Source of the DNA: Clostridiales bacterium
GTDB taxonomy: Bacteria > Bacillota > Clostridia > HGM11327
Direction of reading: 5' to 3'
DNA length: 46,444 nucleotides
NCBI GenBank assembly: GCA_015056475.1
Contig: SVGF01000002.1
Coordinates: 1-46,444 of the forward strand
Below the pieces are notes generated by a model that saw only the letters and a list, made by a program, of their open reading frames with translations, had not been told where the DNA came from and did not search any database. This document shows positions 35,976-44,976 of this stretch, piece after piece. The position numbers and the translations under genes are program-made. Position 1 is the stretch's first letter; each line of letters starts with the position of its first letter.

Positions 35976-37826
35976 ATGAAGCGAATTTTGTGCGTGATAT
36001 TGGTTTTGGTGCTGAGCTGTGGGCTGAACCCTATCACTGCGAGTGCTCATGGTAAAGATATCATCAATAAGGATGCTATATTATCTGCACTTTTTGGTGC
36101 GGATATAGCGAGCGCGCGAGAAGCAATAGATACAGGTCTTATATCCTGCGAGGAGCTAACAGAATACTATATTGAGCGAATAAATGAATACAACAAGGAA
36201 TACAACTGCTTTATCACAATGTGTGACGATGCGCTAGACGTGGCAAAAGCGCGCGATAAGGCACTTGCGGACGGCGAAGCAAATGGTCTGCTGTTTGGTA
36301 TTCCCGTGGTTGTTAAGGACAATATTGACGTAGAGGGATATCACACCACAAACGGTCACGCCAAGACCGATGATCAGATCGCCGATTCCAACGCCGAGGT
36401 AGTCAACAGACTTTTGGCACATGGCGCGGTCATAATCGCAAAGACGAATATGAGCACGGACGCCCAGAGTGCACGTGACAGCACAAGTAAGGCAGCCGGC
36501 AAAACCAAGAATGCTTATAATACGTATTTGTCACCTGCCGGCTCGTCGGGCGGAAGTGCGGTTGCAACGTCGCTGAATTTTGCAGCTGCGGCATTGGGCA
36601 CGGATACAAACTCATCACTTCGCCTGCCTGCCGCGTATGCGGGTTGCATCAGCCTCAGAGGCACTCTCGGTCTTATTCCGAGGGATGGGATCACCGCACT
36701 CAATGATACTCGTGACGTTCCCGGAGCTATCACACGTACTGTGTACGATCAGGCGATAATGCTTGACGTGCTCACAAACTCAGAATACGAATATACAAAA
36801 AATCTTGACAATAATGCATTGAACGGTCTCAGAATAGGCGTGCTGAAGGAGCTGTGCTATCCTGTTGCGGATAGAAGCGACAGAACAGAGCCCGATATTG
36901 ACAGCGAAGTGTCCGCGGCGTTTGCAAGTGCGCTGGATGAGCTGAGGGCAATGGGGGCTGAAATAACAGAGGTTTCAATGCCTGAGATCTTCTCGCTGAG
37001 CAATGCAACAAAGAGTACACAAGATCCTGCAAAAAAGGATGCTCTTTACAAGGCTTTTGAGGGTATGCTTGAGGCATACTGCATAAGTGCAGTGATATTC
37101 CCAACGTATCTGTCTGCTCCGTTGCGCTTGGGTAAGGATGAGGAAGGAAAATCGTGGAGCGTCTGGAGCCAGAAGTTTATAAATAATTGCGGAATTCTTG
37201 CTCCGTCTGCCAGCCTTCCGGAGATAAGCATACCCATAGGTCTGCATTCATTGGGCTGCGGAATAGGTATGGAAATTGCGGCAAAAAGAGGTCAGGAGCA
37301 GCTTTTGTTGAACGTTGCGTATTCCTACACACTAATATATGACCACAGAGCTGTGCCGACAGGTGCTCCCGATATATACGCGGAATCAAACGTTGGGGAT
37401 ATGGCTCAAATCATAGAACAGTACGAGCAAAGCTTGATACCACCTTCGACGCCTACACCCGCGCCAACACCCACGCCAACACCCACGCCGACACCTGTGC
37501 CTACACCCACGCCGACCGCAAGTCCAAGTCCAACGCCGACCGCAGGTCCAAGTCCGATGCCAACGCCGACTGCAAGTCCAAGTCCGATGCCGACTGCAAG
37601 TCCGATGCCAACGCCGACTGCAAGTCCAAGTCCGACGCCGATGCCGACCGCAGGTCCAAGTCCGATGCCGACGCCGACTGCAGGTCCAAGTCCAGCAGGC
37701 CAAGGTCATACAGTCATATCACCTGTTCAATTTGATAAGTGGATATACGTCGCTTCGATTGCTTTGCTGGTTACGGTGGTTTGCATGGTGCTTGTAATTT
37801 GTAGAAAACGTAAATCGGATAAATAA
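35976..37826 (+). CDS. Secreted, C-terminally membrane-anchored amidase-signature enzyme with a Pro/Thr-rich linker
   Basis: Signal peptide [24 protein letters not shown]. Amidase-signature motifs: [33 protein letters not shown]. Then a PT/PS repeat linker and a terminal TM helix, [21 protein letters not shown], followed by RKRKSDK. Confidence 0.8.
   Translation: MKRILCVILVLVLSCGLNPITASAHGKDIINKDAILSALFGADIASAREAIDTGLISCEELTEYYIERINEYNKEYNCFITMCDDALDVAKARDKALADGEANGLLFGIPVVVKDNIDVEGYHTTNGHAKTDDQIADSNAEVVNRLLAHGAVIIAKTNMSTDAQSARDSTSKAAGKTKNAYNTYLSPAGSSGGSAVATSLNFAAAALGTDTNSSLRLPAAYAGCISLRGTLGLIPRDGITALNDTRDVPGAITRTVYDQAIMLDVLTNSEYEYTKNLDNNALNGLRIGVLKELCYPVADRSDRTEPDIDSEVSAAFASALDELRAMGAEITEVSMPEIFSLSNATKSTQDPAKKDALYKAFEGMLEAYCISAVIFPTYLSAPLRLGKDEEGKSWSVWSQKFINNCGILAPSASLPEISIPIGLHSLGCGIGMEIAAKRGQEQLLLNVAYSYTLIYDHRAVPTGAPDIYAESNVGDMAQIIEQYEQSLIPPSTPTPAPTPTPTPTPTPVPTPTPTASPSPTPTAGPSPMPTPTASPSPMPTASPMPTPTASPSPTPMPTAGPSPMPTPTAGPSPAGQGHTVISPVQFDKWIYVASIALLVTVVCMVLVICRKRKSDK
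37441..37700 (+). repeat. In-frame imperfect tandem repeats encoding the (P-T-P-T-A-S/G-P-S-P-T/M)n linker
   Basis: Reiterated units such as CCGACNGCAAGTCCAAGTCCGATGCCAACG are visible. Protein: ...[63 protein letters not shown]. Confidence 0.85.
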
Positions 37827-37861
37827 AACAACGGCAGAATTTTTTGTTCTGCCGTCGCTTT

Positions 37862-39046
37862 TTATTTGTTGAATTTCAAAATGCATCCACTTTGTGTGAT
37901 TGCGAGCTTTTCAACCGTAAATATCCCGTCCTTGCAGGTAACGTTACCCTTTGCGTCACCGTATTCCCAAGCGATCTCGTCACCGTCGTTTGGTTTGAAA
38001 TTTTGCAATCTGCGCATCGTTACGTCTGCCGTGGATTCCTTAGGCAATTCAACTCTCGTTTGCCAATCGCTTTCGTTTATAAGGCGGAGCGTTATCTCAA
38101 ACTCATTTTCCTCATCCTTTATCACTTCCCAGCGGAAGAATGCGTTTACCTGACCGGCAGCCTTTGAATCTCTGTCACTTGGCCACGGTAATGGATCATT
38201 TGTTGAAGCGTTGGTGAATGCGGGGTAAGCCTCGTTTTTCTTTACGCCAAACAGGTCAAAAGAGTGTATGAGGTCGTTGTATTTTGCGATCTGAGCGTGG
38301 TTATTGGCATGTCCAAACGCGCCCCAAAAGCCCATAAGGAGGTATTTTTTTGCATTCATTCCGTCATAAAGCACCTCGTGACCGTCGGACCAGCCGTCAT
38401 TCTGCGCGGAGTAATCCACAACTATCGGCGGATCTGGTATCTTGAATCCCTCTGGAGCCTCCAAGTCAAGACAGCATCTGTCTGCGGCATGGCGTACGCC
38501 CGCGGGCACGTTAGCCTTTATTCCGGCAAAGATATCGCCCCTGCTCAAGGCAATGCCAAGAGAACCGCTGCCGCCCATTGAATTTCCGCAAGCGTAAACT
38601 CTGTTTTCGTCAATGGGATACTTTGCCATCGTGTCAAGCACGGTCGCAATGCATCTCTTTTCAACCGGCTGAGTTTCAATGCTCCTCTTTTTAATAACCT
38701 CGGGGTCGCTAAGGTCAGCCTGCGCGCTTGCACCGCCCCACCACCAGTCAGTAGTGCCCTGTGTGTTTGCTCGGCAGTCAAGAATGAGCCCAAAAGCGTC
38801 GTCAACAACGTGGTAAATGTCGTGATTGCCTTCTTCCTTGATACATTCTATCGTGGAATAAACGTCATGACCCGCTGAGTGAAATACCACCCAGAGAGGG
38901 TAGCTTTTTTCAGGGTCGTAATCCTTTGGATAATATATCGCAAACGTGTCCGTCTGTGGCTTTTCGTAGCCCCACTCGGGGAGCGAGTTCTGCTGATATA
39001 ACTCAAGCTTGCGCCCGTTGAGGACGTCTTCTTTAATAAGTGTCAT
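37862..39046 (-). CDS. Alpha/beta-hydrolase (esterase, possibly a carbohydrate esterase) with a C-terminal beta-rich domain
   Basis: YPLWVVFHSAGHD and nucleophile elbow GNSMGGSG. Start at ATG 39046 (GGAGAA upstream). It has its own promoter, TTGACA-17-TATCAT, in the 39050-39135 gap. Confidence 0.7.
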   Translation of the reverse strand: MTLIKEDVLNGRKLELYQQNSLPEWGYEKPQTDTFAIYYPKDYDPEKSYPLWVVFHSAGHDVYSTIECIKEEGNHDIYHVVDDAFGLILDCRANTQGTTDWWWGGASAQADLSDPEVIKKRSIETQPVEKRCIATVLDTMAKYPIDENRVYACGNSMGGSGSLGIALSRGDIFAGIKANVPAGVRHAADRCCLDLEAPEGFKIPDPPIVVDYSAQNDGWSDGHEVLYDGMNAKKYLLMGFWGAFGHANNHAQIAKYNDLIHSFDLFGVKKNEAYPAFTNASTNDPLPWPSDRDSKAAGQVNAFFRWEVIKDEENEFEITLRLINESDWQTRVELPKESTADVTMRRLQNFKPNDGDEIAWEYGDAKGNVTCKDGIFTVEKLAITQSGCILKFNK

Positions 39047-39139
39047 ATGCTTTTCTCCGTATTTGATATGTTGATTGGATGTGTGAATATGATAACACAT
39101 TAAGATCGGTTTGTCAATATTGGTTTTTCAAAAACAATA

Positions 39140-39331
39140 TCAATCCTCTTTGGGCGGTTGCGGAATCGGGATCTCACCCTCCGCCTTTTCAAATGCCTTG
39201 ATCTCTTGTCTGATCAGATACAGTATTTCTCCGTTGGCGGAACGGCCGTAGTATTTTGAAATATAATGAAGCTTGTAATGTAGTTCGGGATCAATTTCTA
39301 TTCCAAGGTGCTTGTTGCTTTTGTTTCTCAT
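39140..39331 (-). CDS. Small ribbon-helix-helix (Arc/CopG-like) DNA-binding protein
   Basis: 63 aa. The strand-helix-helix pattern is KHLGIEIDPELHYKLHYISKYYGRSANGEILYLIRQEIKAFE. Strong AGGAGGAA RBS. Confidence 0.55.
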   Translation of the reverse strand: MRNKSNKHLGIEIDPELHYKLHYISKYYGRSANGEILYLIRQEIKAFEKAEGEIPIPQPPKED

Positions 39332-39616
39332 AATAATTTCCTCCTACAATCTTAATTTAAGTATATTTTAAGATTATTTTGTGGTACAATGTTATAAGTA
39401 TACTTATTTTAAGTACACTAAATTTATGGTGAGGTGGTAATTATGAAAATAGCGGTTGTAGGCTCAAGGGTAATAAAATCCGTGCGACGTGATTCTTTGC
39501 GACTGACGCTTGAAACATGTTTTACTTGCAATTTTTCCGATTTTATGGTATAATATTACAGTATGAAATTATAGTACTGAATCGTTCAGGGTACAAATGC
39601 AATTCGGGAGATAAAT

Positions 39617-39865
39617 ATGAAGCACGAATACAACACAAAGGGGACCTGTTCCCGCAGAATAATCCTCGACGTTGAGAATGGCATCATCAACGAGGCTATC
39701 TTTGAGGGTGGTTGCCACGGCAACACTCAGGGCATCTCAAAGCTCGTAAAAGGCATGAAGGTTGATGACGTTATAGCCCGTCTTGAGGGTGTTGACTGTC
39801 GCGGCAGAGGCACATCCTGCCCCGATCAGCTTGCAAAAGCGCTAAAAGAAGTAAAAAATATATAA
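39617..39865 (+). CDS. TSCPD-domain small protein (TIGR03905-like)
   Basis: 82 aa: ...GGCHGNTQGISKLVKGM.VDDVI..L.G..C.GRGTSCPDQLAKAL. Preceded by an extended -10 element, TGgTATAAT (39546-39554). Confidence 0.7.
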   Translation: MKHEYNTKGTCSRRIILDVENGIINEAIFEGGCHGNTQGISKLVKGMKVDDVIARLEGVDCRGRGTSCPDQLAKALKEVKNI

Positions 39866-39902
39866 AAATTTGAATTTTTGCGGAAATTTTCAAAAAAACC
39901 CC

Positions 39903-39931
39903 TTGACAAAAATCGATTTTTGTATTAAAAT
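39903..39931 (+). promoter_or_regulatory. Putative promoter of the rpmG-secE-nusG unit
   Basis: TTGACA (39903-39908), 17-nt spacer, TAAAAT (39926-39931). Confidence 0.55.
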
Positions 39932-40078
39932 TATTTAGCGTGATTAATGTGCCCATAAATGTAGATCATTTATGTCAGCGAAGCACGCCGTAAAATAACG
40001 AAATAAAAGGCAATTCAGGGTCAACCGCAGCTTGCGGTTGGTTTTGTGCGCTTAAAAGTTTAAAGGAAGGTATAGCAC

Positions 40079-40228
40079 ATGAGAGATAAGATCGTGTTGG
40101 CATGCACAGAGTGCAAGCAGAGAAATTACAATACAACAAAGAACAAGAAGACTCAGACAGGCCGTGTTGAGTTCTCTAAGTACTGCAGATTCTGCAAGAA
40201 GCACACTGTTCATAAGGAAACAAAGTAA
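40079..40228 (+). CDS. rpmG: 50S ribosomal protein L33
   Basis: Below the ORF-track size cut-off; I translated it by hand as [49 protein letters not shown] (49 aa). AAAGGAAGG RBS. Confidence 0.9.
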   Translation: MRDKIVLACTECKQRNYNTTKNKKTQTGRVEFSKYCRFCKKHTVHKETK

Positions 40229-40249
40229 TTAATAGTGAGGAAACAACAA

Positions 40250-40525
40250 GTGGAAACAGAAAGATTGCCTGATATCGATAATAAGAATATCAGTAAGAAG
40301 TCAAAGGCTAAGGACACAAAAAAGGCTGATGACAAGAAAAAGGCAAAGAACCGTTCCAACTTTGCTAAGGAAGTTATTGCAGAGCTCAAGAAGGTATCTT
40401 GGCCCAGCAAGAAGGATGTTATTAAGGCAACAGGTGTTGTTGTCGCTATTTCTGCTGCCCTTGGTATAGTTGTTGGTCTTTTTGACTATTTGTTCAGCAC
40501 CTTGATCGGTCTTATAGTTGGCTGA
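40250..40525 (+). CDS. secE: Preprotein translocase subunit SecE
   Basis: The Lys-rich N-terminus is followed by ...FAKEVIAELKKVSWPSKKDVIKATGVVVAISAALGIVVGLFD. GTG 40250 is preferred (GAGGAA 7 nt upstream); the track's alternative start is GTG 40235. Confidence 0.8.
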   Translation: METERLPDIDNKNISKKSKAKDTKKADDKKKAKNRSNFAKEVIAELKKVSWPSKKDVIKATGVVVAISAALGIVVGLFDYLFSTLIGLIVG

Positions 40526-40538
40526 TAGGAGATAAGTA

Positions 40539-41108
40539 ATGGAAGAAAATCGCACAAAAGCTCAGTCGGAGCAGATGTCTCGCTTCAGAGATAAGTCTAT
40601 CCGCTGGTACGTGGTCCACACTTATTCCGGTTATGAGAACAAGGTAAAGAACTCCATCGAAATGGCTGTCGAGAACCGTAACCTCCACGATAAGATCGTT
40701 GAGGTCCACATCCCGATCGAGGATGCAGTCGAGATCGAAGACGGTAAGCAGAAGCAGGTAAAGCGTAAAACTTTCCCAGGCTACGTTTTTGTCAAGATGG
40801 TTCACGACGACGAAACGTGGAACGTTGTTCGTTACATCAAGGGTGTAACGGGTTACGTTGGCGGCGATAACGAGCCCGTACCGCTTTCAAGCGAAGAGAT
40901 AATCAAGCTCGGTATCGAGGACGTTCAGGTGGATATAGACATTTCCGTTGGCGACAACGTAAAGATCCTTGCAGGTCCCTTGGAAGGCTTTATCGGTACA
41001 GTCAAGGAAATATCTCAGGACAAGCAGAAGATCAAGGCAGACGTACAGATGTTCGGTAGAACAATGCAGGTCGACCTTAAGTTCAATCAGATTCATAAAG
41101 CGGATTAA
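40539..41108 (+). CDS. nusG: Transcription termination/antitermination factor NusG
   Basis: RWYVVHTYSGYENKVK..., FPGYVFVKM, and the KOW motif GDNVKILAGPLEGFIGTVKEI. Confidence 0.95.
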   Translation: MEENRTKAQSEQMSRFRDKSIRWYVVHTYSGYENKVKNSIEMAVENRNLHDKIVEVHIPIEDAVEIEDGKQKQVKRKTFPGYVFVKMVHDDETWNVVRYIKGVTGYVGGDNEPVPLSSEEIIKLGIEDVQVDIDISVGDNVKILAGPLEGFIGTVKEISQDKQKIKADVQMFGRTMQVDLKFNQIHKAD

Positions 41109-41185
41109 TAATTCGTTTTTGAATATCCGTATGCGTGTCGGAATACACGCACAACCCGTACGGTTGTAAAATAGGAGGAAGAAAC

Positions 41186-41611
41186 ATGGCAAAGAAGGTT
41201 ATAGCTAAGGTTAAGCTTCAGTTGCCCGCCGGAAAAGCAATGCCCAGCCCGCCGGTTGGACCTGCACTCGGACCTCACGGTGTTAACGCACCCGAGTTCT
41301 GTAAGCAGTTCAACGCTAAGACACAGTCTCAGATGGGTTACGTTCTCCCTGTAATTATCACAATTTATCAGGACAGAACTTACACATTCATCACAAAGAC
41401 TCCCCCGGCAGCAGATTTGCTTAAGAAGGCAGCTGGTATCACAGCTGGTTCTGCAAAGCCCAACAGCGACAAGGTTGGTAAGGTAACAAAGGAGCAGATC
41501 CGTGAAATTGCTAAGATGAAGATGGAAGATCTCAACGCAGCAGACGAAGAAGCAGCTATGAGCATGATCGCAGGATCAGCAAGAAGCATGGGAATTACAG
41601 TTGTAGACTGA
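41186..41611 (+). CDS. rplK: 50S ribosomal protein L11
   Basis: [33 protein letters not shown]...; ATG 41186 follows AGGAGGAA. Confidence 0.97.
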   Translation: MAKKVIAKVKLQLPAGKAMPSPPVGPALGPHGVNAPEFCKQFNAKTQSQMGYVLPVIITIYQDRTYTFITKTPPAADLLKKAAGITAGSAKPNSDKVGKVTKEQIREIAKMKMEDLNAADEEAAMSMIAGSARSMGITVVD

Positions 41612-41701
41612 TTCTCAACAACAAAATAATGTTCGCGCAAGCAAACAATTGCGCAATGTGGGAGATGTGGACAGCACATTGTTTGACCACAAGGAGGTTT
41701 T

Positions 41702-42388
41702 ATGAAAGAAACAAAGAGATTTGGCGCTGCAAAGAAGCTCATCGACCAGAGCAAGAATTACAGCGTTGAAGAAGCAATGGCACTCGTTAAGCAGACAGCC
41801 ACTGCAAAGTTCGACGAAACAGTCGAAGTATCCATCAGATTGGGCGTTGACCCCCGTCACGCTGACCAGATGGTAAGAGGCGTTGTTGTACTCCCCAACG
41901 GCACAGGTAAGACTCAGAGAGTTCTTGTTTTTGCTAAGGGTGACAAGGCAACAGAGGCACAGAACGCAGGTGCGGATTTCGTAGGCGGCGAAGAGCTCGT
42001 TGAAAAGATCCTTAAGGAGAATTTCTTCGATTTCGACGTATGCGTAGCTACACCTGACATGATGAGATTCCTCGGTAGATTAGGTAAGGTTTTGGGACCT
42101 AAGGGCTTGATGCCTAACCCCAAGTCCGGTACGGTTACAACTGAAGTAGCTAACGCTGTTAGCGAGATCAAGGCTGGTAAGGTTGAGTACAGAGTAGACA
42201 AGACAGCTATCATCCACGTTCCCGTTGGTAAGGCTTCTTTCGAAGCTGAGAAGCTCGTTGAAAACTTCAACACTCTCATCAACGCTGTTATCAAGGCTAA
42301 GCCGTCCTCCGCAAAGGGTACCTACATCAAGAGCGTAGTGCTCTCAAGCACAATGGGCCCCGGTATCAAAATGGTAACAACATTTTAA
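41702..42388 (+). CDS. rplA: 50S ribosomal protein L1
   Basis: ...[34 protein letters not shown]...; 228 aa. Confidence 0.97.
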   Translation: MKETKRFGAAKKLIDQSKNYSVEEAMALVKQTATAKFDETVEVSIRLGVDPRHADQMVRGVVVLPNGTGKTQRVLVFAKGDKATEAQNAGADFVGGEELVEKILKENFFDFDVCVATPDMMRFLGRLGKVLGPKGLMPNPKSGTVTTEVANAVSEIKAGKVEYRVDKTAIIHVPVGKASFEAEKLVENFNTLINAVIKAKPSSAKGTYIKSVVLSSTMGPGIKMVTTF

Positions 42389-42427
42389 TCCGGCGTCAAA
42401 GTAATTAAAATTTAATAAGAAAGCATC

Positions 42428-42560
42428 TTACCAGAGACAGCGGGTCCGGCATCAGTCGGGTAAACGGTTTGTATCGGCCTGCCGAGGTGTTGATATATAC
42501 TTAATTGGATATACGACCTCGTGCGTCTTTGGGCGCCCGAGGTATTTTTTATGGGAAGTA
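42428..42560 (+). promoter_or_regulatory. Ribosomal protein L10 leader (autoregulatory attenuator) upstream of rplJ
   Basis: AGACAGCGGGU...CCUGCCGAGGU signature typical of Firmicute L10 leaders. A terminator hairpin ACCTCG (42516-42521) / CGAGGT (42538-42543) is followed by TTTTTT. The upstream CCGAGGT (42483-42489) can pair alternatively with ACCTCG as an anti-terminator. Confidence 0.65.
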
Positions 42561-42591
42561 TGCTTTACGAAAACCCTAATGGAGGTTATTT

Positions 42592-43119
42592 GTGGGTAAT
42601 AATTTAGACGCAAAAAAGGTTGTAGTTGAAGAAATTGCAAGCAAGATGCGCGAAGCTAAGAGCGTTGTATTCTTTGATTACGTCGGAATTAACGTTGAAC
42701 AGGCTACTCAGATGAGAAAGTCTTTCCGTGAGAACGGCGTAGAGTGCAAGGTTTACAAGAACACTCTTATCAAGCTTGCTGCAAAGGAATGTGGCTACGA
42801 CGAAAGAGTAAACGACGTGCTCAGCGGCTCCACAGCAGTTGCATTCGGTATGAAAGATCCCGTTGCTCCTGCTAAGGTTGCGGCAAAGTGTGTCGAGGAT
42901 TTTAAGAAGATGGAATTGAAGGCAGGCGTTGTAGACGGCGAGTTCTATGACAAGGCTATGGTTGAAAAGCTTGCTACTATTCCTTCAAAGGAAGAACTTA
43001 TTGCCAAGATGCTTGGCAGCATGATGGCTCCTCTCTCCGGCTTGGCTCGTGTATTGAACGCTATTGCAGAGAGCAAGGGTGGCGCAACAGAAGCAGCAAC
43101 AGAAGCAGCTGCAGAATAA
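42592..43119 (+). CDS. rplJ: 50S ribosomal protein L10
   Basis: GTG 42592 lies 6 nt after GGAGG. ...VVFFDYVGINVEQATQMRK.FRENGVECKVYKNTL... Confidence 0.95.
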   Translation: MGNNLDAKKVVVEEIASKMREAKSVVFFDYVGINVEQATQMRKSFRENGVECKVYKNTLIKLAAKECGYDERVNDVLSGSTAVAFGMKDPVAPAKVAAKCVEDFKKMELKAGVVDGEFYDKAMVEKLATIPSKEELIAKMLGSMMAPLSGLARVLNAIAESKGGATEAATEAAAE

Positions 43120-43148
43120 TAAAAATATTTTGATTGGAGAATTTTAAC

Positions 43149-43514
43149 ATGGATAAGATGGAAATTTTGGAAGCTATAAAGAGCATGACAATTTTGGAGC
43201 TTGCTGATTTGGTAAAGGCTCTCGAGGATGAATTTGGTGTAAGCGCAGCAGCTCCCGTTGCAGCAGCTGGCGCAGTAGCAGCAGCTCCCGCAGTAGAAGA
43301 GAAGACAGAGTTCACAGTAGTTCTTGCTGACGCTGGTGCTGAAAAGATCAAGGTTATCAAGGCTGTTCGTGACCTCACAGGTCTCGGCCTCAAGGAAGCT
43401 AAGGCTCTCGTTGACGGTGCTCCTTCTACACTCAAGGAAGACGTTGCTAAGGCTGACGCTGAGAACATGAAGAAGGCTCTCGAAGAAGTTGGCGCTAAGG
43501 TTGAGCTCAAGTAA
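43149..43514 (+). CDS. rplL: 50S ribosomal protein L7/L12
   Basis: [31 protein letters not shown]...[27 protein letters not shown]; ATG 43149 follows GGAGA. Confidence 0.95.
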   Translation: MDKMEILEAIKSMTILELADLVKALEDEFGVSAAAPVAAAGAVAAAPAVEEKTEFTVVLADAGAEKIKVIKAVRDLTGLGLKEAKALVDGAPSTLKEDVAKADAENMKKALEEVGAKVELK

Positions 43515-43536
43515 TTTTGACAAAACTGTACGCAAG

Positions 43537-43567
43537 GCCCTGTCCGTTGGACGGGGCTTTTCTTTTT
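43537..43567 (+). terminator. Rho-independent terminator after rplL
   Basis: GCCCTGTCC-GTT-GGACGGGGC (9 bp including one G-U pair) followed by TTTTCTTTTT. Confidence 0.8.
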
Positions 43568-43571
43568 ATCC

Positions 43572-43603
43572 AAAATAAAAACGACGGCAATAAAACCGTC
43601 GTT
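43572..43603 (-). terminator. Rho-independent terminator after ald (minus strand)
   Basis: AACGACGG / CCGTCGTT 8-bp stem with a T-run on the minus strand (plus-strand AAAATAAAA). Confidence 0.7.
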
Positions 43604-43636
43604 AAACACTATATAAATTGATTTTTTATAGATCAG

Positions 43637-44752
43637 TTACGCAATAACCCCACAAAGCGCTGTATATTCCACGTCAACTGCAAGCGCAACGTTCTTGTTT
43701 GTGCACTTTCCGCCATAAATATTGATTCCGTTTGCAACGCCTGCGTCCATCTTGGATGCCTTTTCAAGACCGTTGTCCGCAATCATAAGGCCGTAGCGGA
43801 GTGTGGAGTTTGTGAGCGCGATCGTTGATGTGTACGGCACAGCACCGGGCATATTGCCTACGCAGTAGTGAACAACTCCGTCCTCTATAAATACGGGATC
43901 ATCGTGTGTCGTAACGTGTGAAGTTTCACAGCAGCCACCCTGGTCGATCGCAATATCAACTATAACAGCACCCTTCTTCATAAGGGGGAGATGCTCCTTG
44001 CGCACGAGCTTGGGTGTTTTGCCGCCGGGGATGAGCACGGAGCCGATTACGAGGTCAGCTTCCTTGAGTGCCTTTCTGATATTTGCCTCAGAGCTGTAAA
44101 GGGTTGTAACGGATGCGCCAAAAACGTCCTCAAGGTAAGCGAGTCTGTTGTGGTTTACCTCAAGCAAAGTAACCTGCGCGTCAGTACCGATTGCCGCCTT
44201 TGCCGCAAACGTACCCGCAACGCCGCCGCCAATAATAACTATCTTACCTCTTTCAACACCGGGCACGCCACCCAAAAGAATACCTCTGCCGCCGTAAGCC
44301 TTTTCGAGGTATTTTGCACCCTCCTGAATGCTGAGTCTGCCTGCGATCTGGCTCATGGGACGAAGACAGGGGAGATTGCCCGCGTTATCCGTGATCGTTT
44401 CGTAAGCAACGCCCTTAACACCCTTTTCCATAAGCATTTTTGCAAGCTCGGGGCTGGATGCAAGGTGGAGGTAAGTGTAAAGTATCTGTCCCTCACGGAA
44501 ATACTTGTACTCGCATTCCTCGGGCTCTTTAACCTTTATGATCATGTCAGCCTTTGCAAAAACTTCGGCAGGATCGTCAAGAATTATTGCGCCTGCGGCA
44601 ATATATTCCTCGTCGCTAAAGCCTGAGCCTGCGCCCGCATCCTTTTCAACGTAAACCGTGTGACCGTGATTGACGTAGTCGCTTACGTTGTCGGGGGTAA
44701 GACCAACTCTGTATTCGTGATTCTTTAATTCTTTTGTTGTACCTATAATCAT
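43637..44752 (-). CDS. ald: Alanine dehydrogenase
   Basis: MIIGTTKELKNHEYRVGLTPDNV..., and NAD-binding motif VIIGGGVAGT; 371 aa. Confidence 0.9.
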   Translation of the reverse strand: MIIGTTKELKNHEYRVGLTPDNVSDYVNHGHTVYVEKDAGAGSGFSDEEYIAAGAIILDDPAEVFAKADMIIKVKEPEECEYKYFREGQILYTYLHLASSPELAKMLMEKGVKGVAYETITDNAGNLPCLRPMSQIAGRLSIQEGAKYLEKAYGGRGILLGGVPGVERGKIVIIGGGVAGTFAAKAAIGTDAQVTLLEVNHNRLAYLEDVFGASVTTLYSSEANIRKALKEADLVIGSVLIPGGKTPKLVRKEHLPLMKKGAVIVDIAIDQGGCCETSHVTTHDDPVFIEDGVVHYCVGNMPGAVPYTSTIALTNSTLRYGLMIADNGLEKASKMDAGVANGINIYGGKCTNKNVALAVDVEYTALCGVIA

Positions 44753-44976
44753 TTATGTAACTCCTTTTTGTGTGGATTGTTAACCAAAATTTTTGAATAC
44801 GTATATTTTACCACGATTTTTTATAAATTTCAACTATTTTTTATTAAATTATTAAAAAATATTGGAATCTCCCACAAATCTTAAAAATTTAATTTAAACT
44901 TAAATTACCCTTGCAAAAAACTGCATTATTGTGTATAATATAATCATAATCACATGTATTTTGAAGGAGAATCACC

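Noticed and set aside
37386-37709. 107-aa and 62-aa minus-strand ORFs rich in RRWHRTWTC-type repeats
   Set aside because: This is a reverse-frame artefact of the Pro/Thr repeat DNA inside the amidase gene, with no start context. The repeats are in-frame coding tandem repeats, not a CRISPR array: there are no unique spacers and the period is irregular, at about 24-30 bp.
42945-43609. 196-aa and 182-aa minus-strand ORFs across rplJ-rplL
   Set aside because: They are antisense to highly conserved ribosomal protein genes. Their Ala/Ser-rich translation mirrors the Ala/Glu-rich L7/L12 codons.
43991-44626. 211-aa plus-strand ORF inside ald
   Set aside because: It is antisense to a full-length alanine dehydrogenase with a clear NAD-binding motif, and it has no RBS.
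43515-44976. Break of the usual rplL-rpoB-rpoC synteny (ald and a UPF0597 gene follow rplL instead)
   Set aside because: The break is real in the sequence, but both flanking genes are ordinary metabolism genes with their own terminators and promoters. There is no sign of an insertion event, so it is not reported as a finding.
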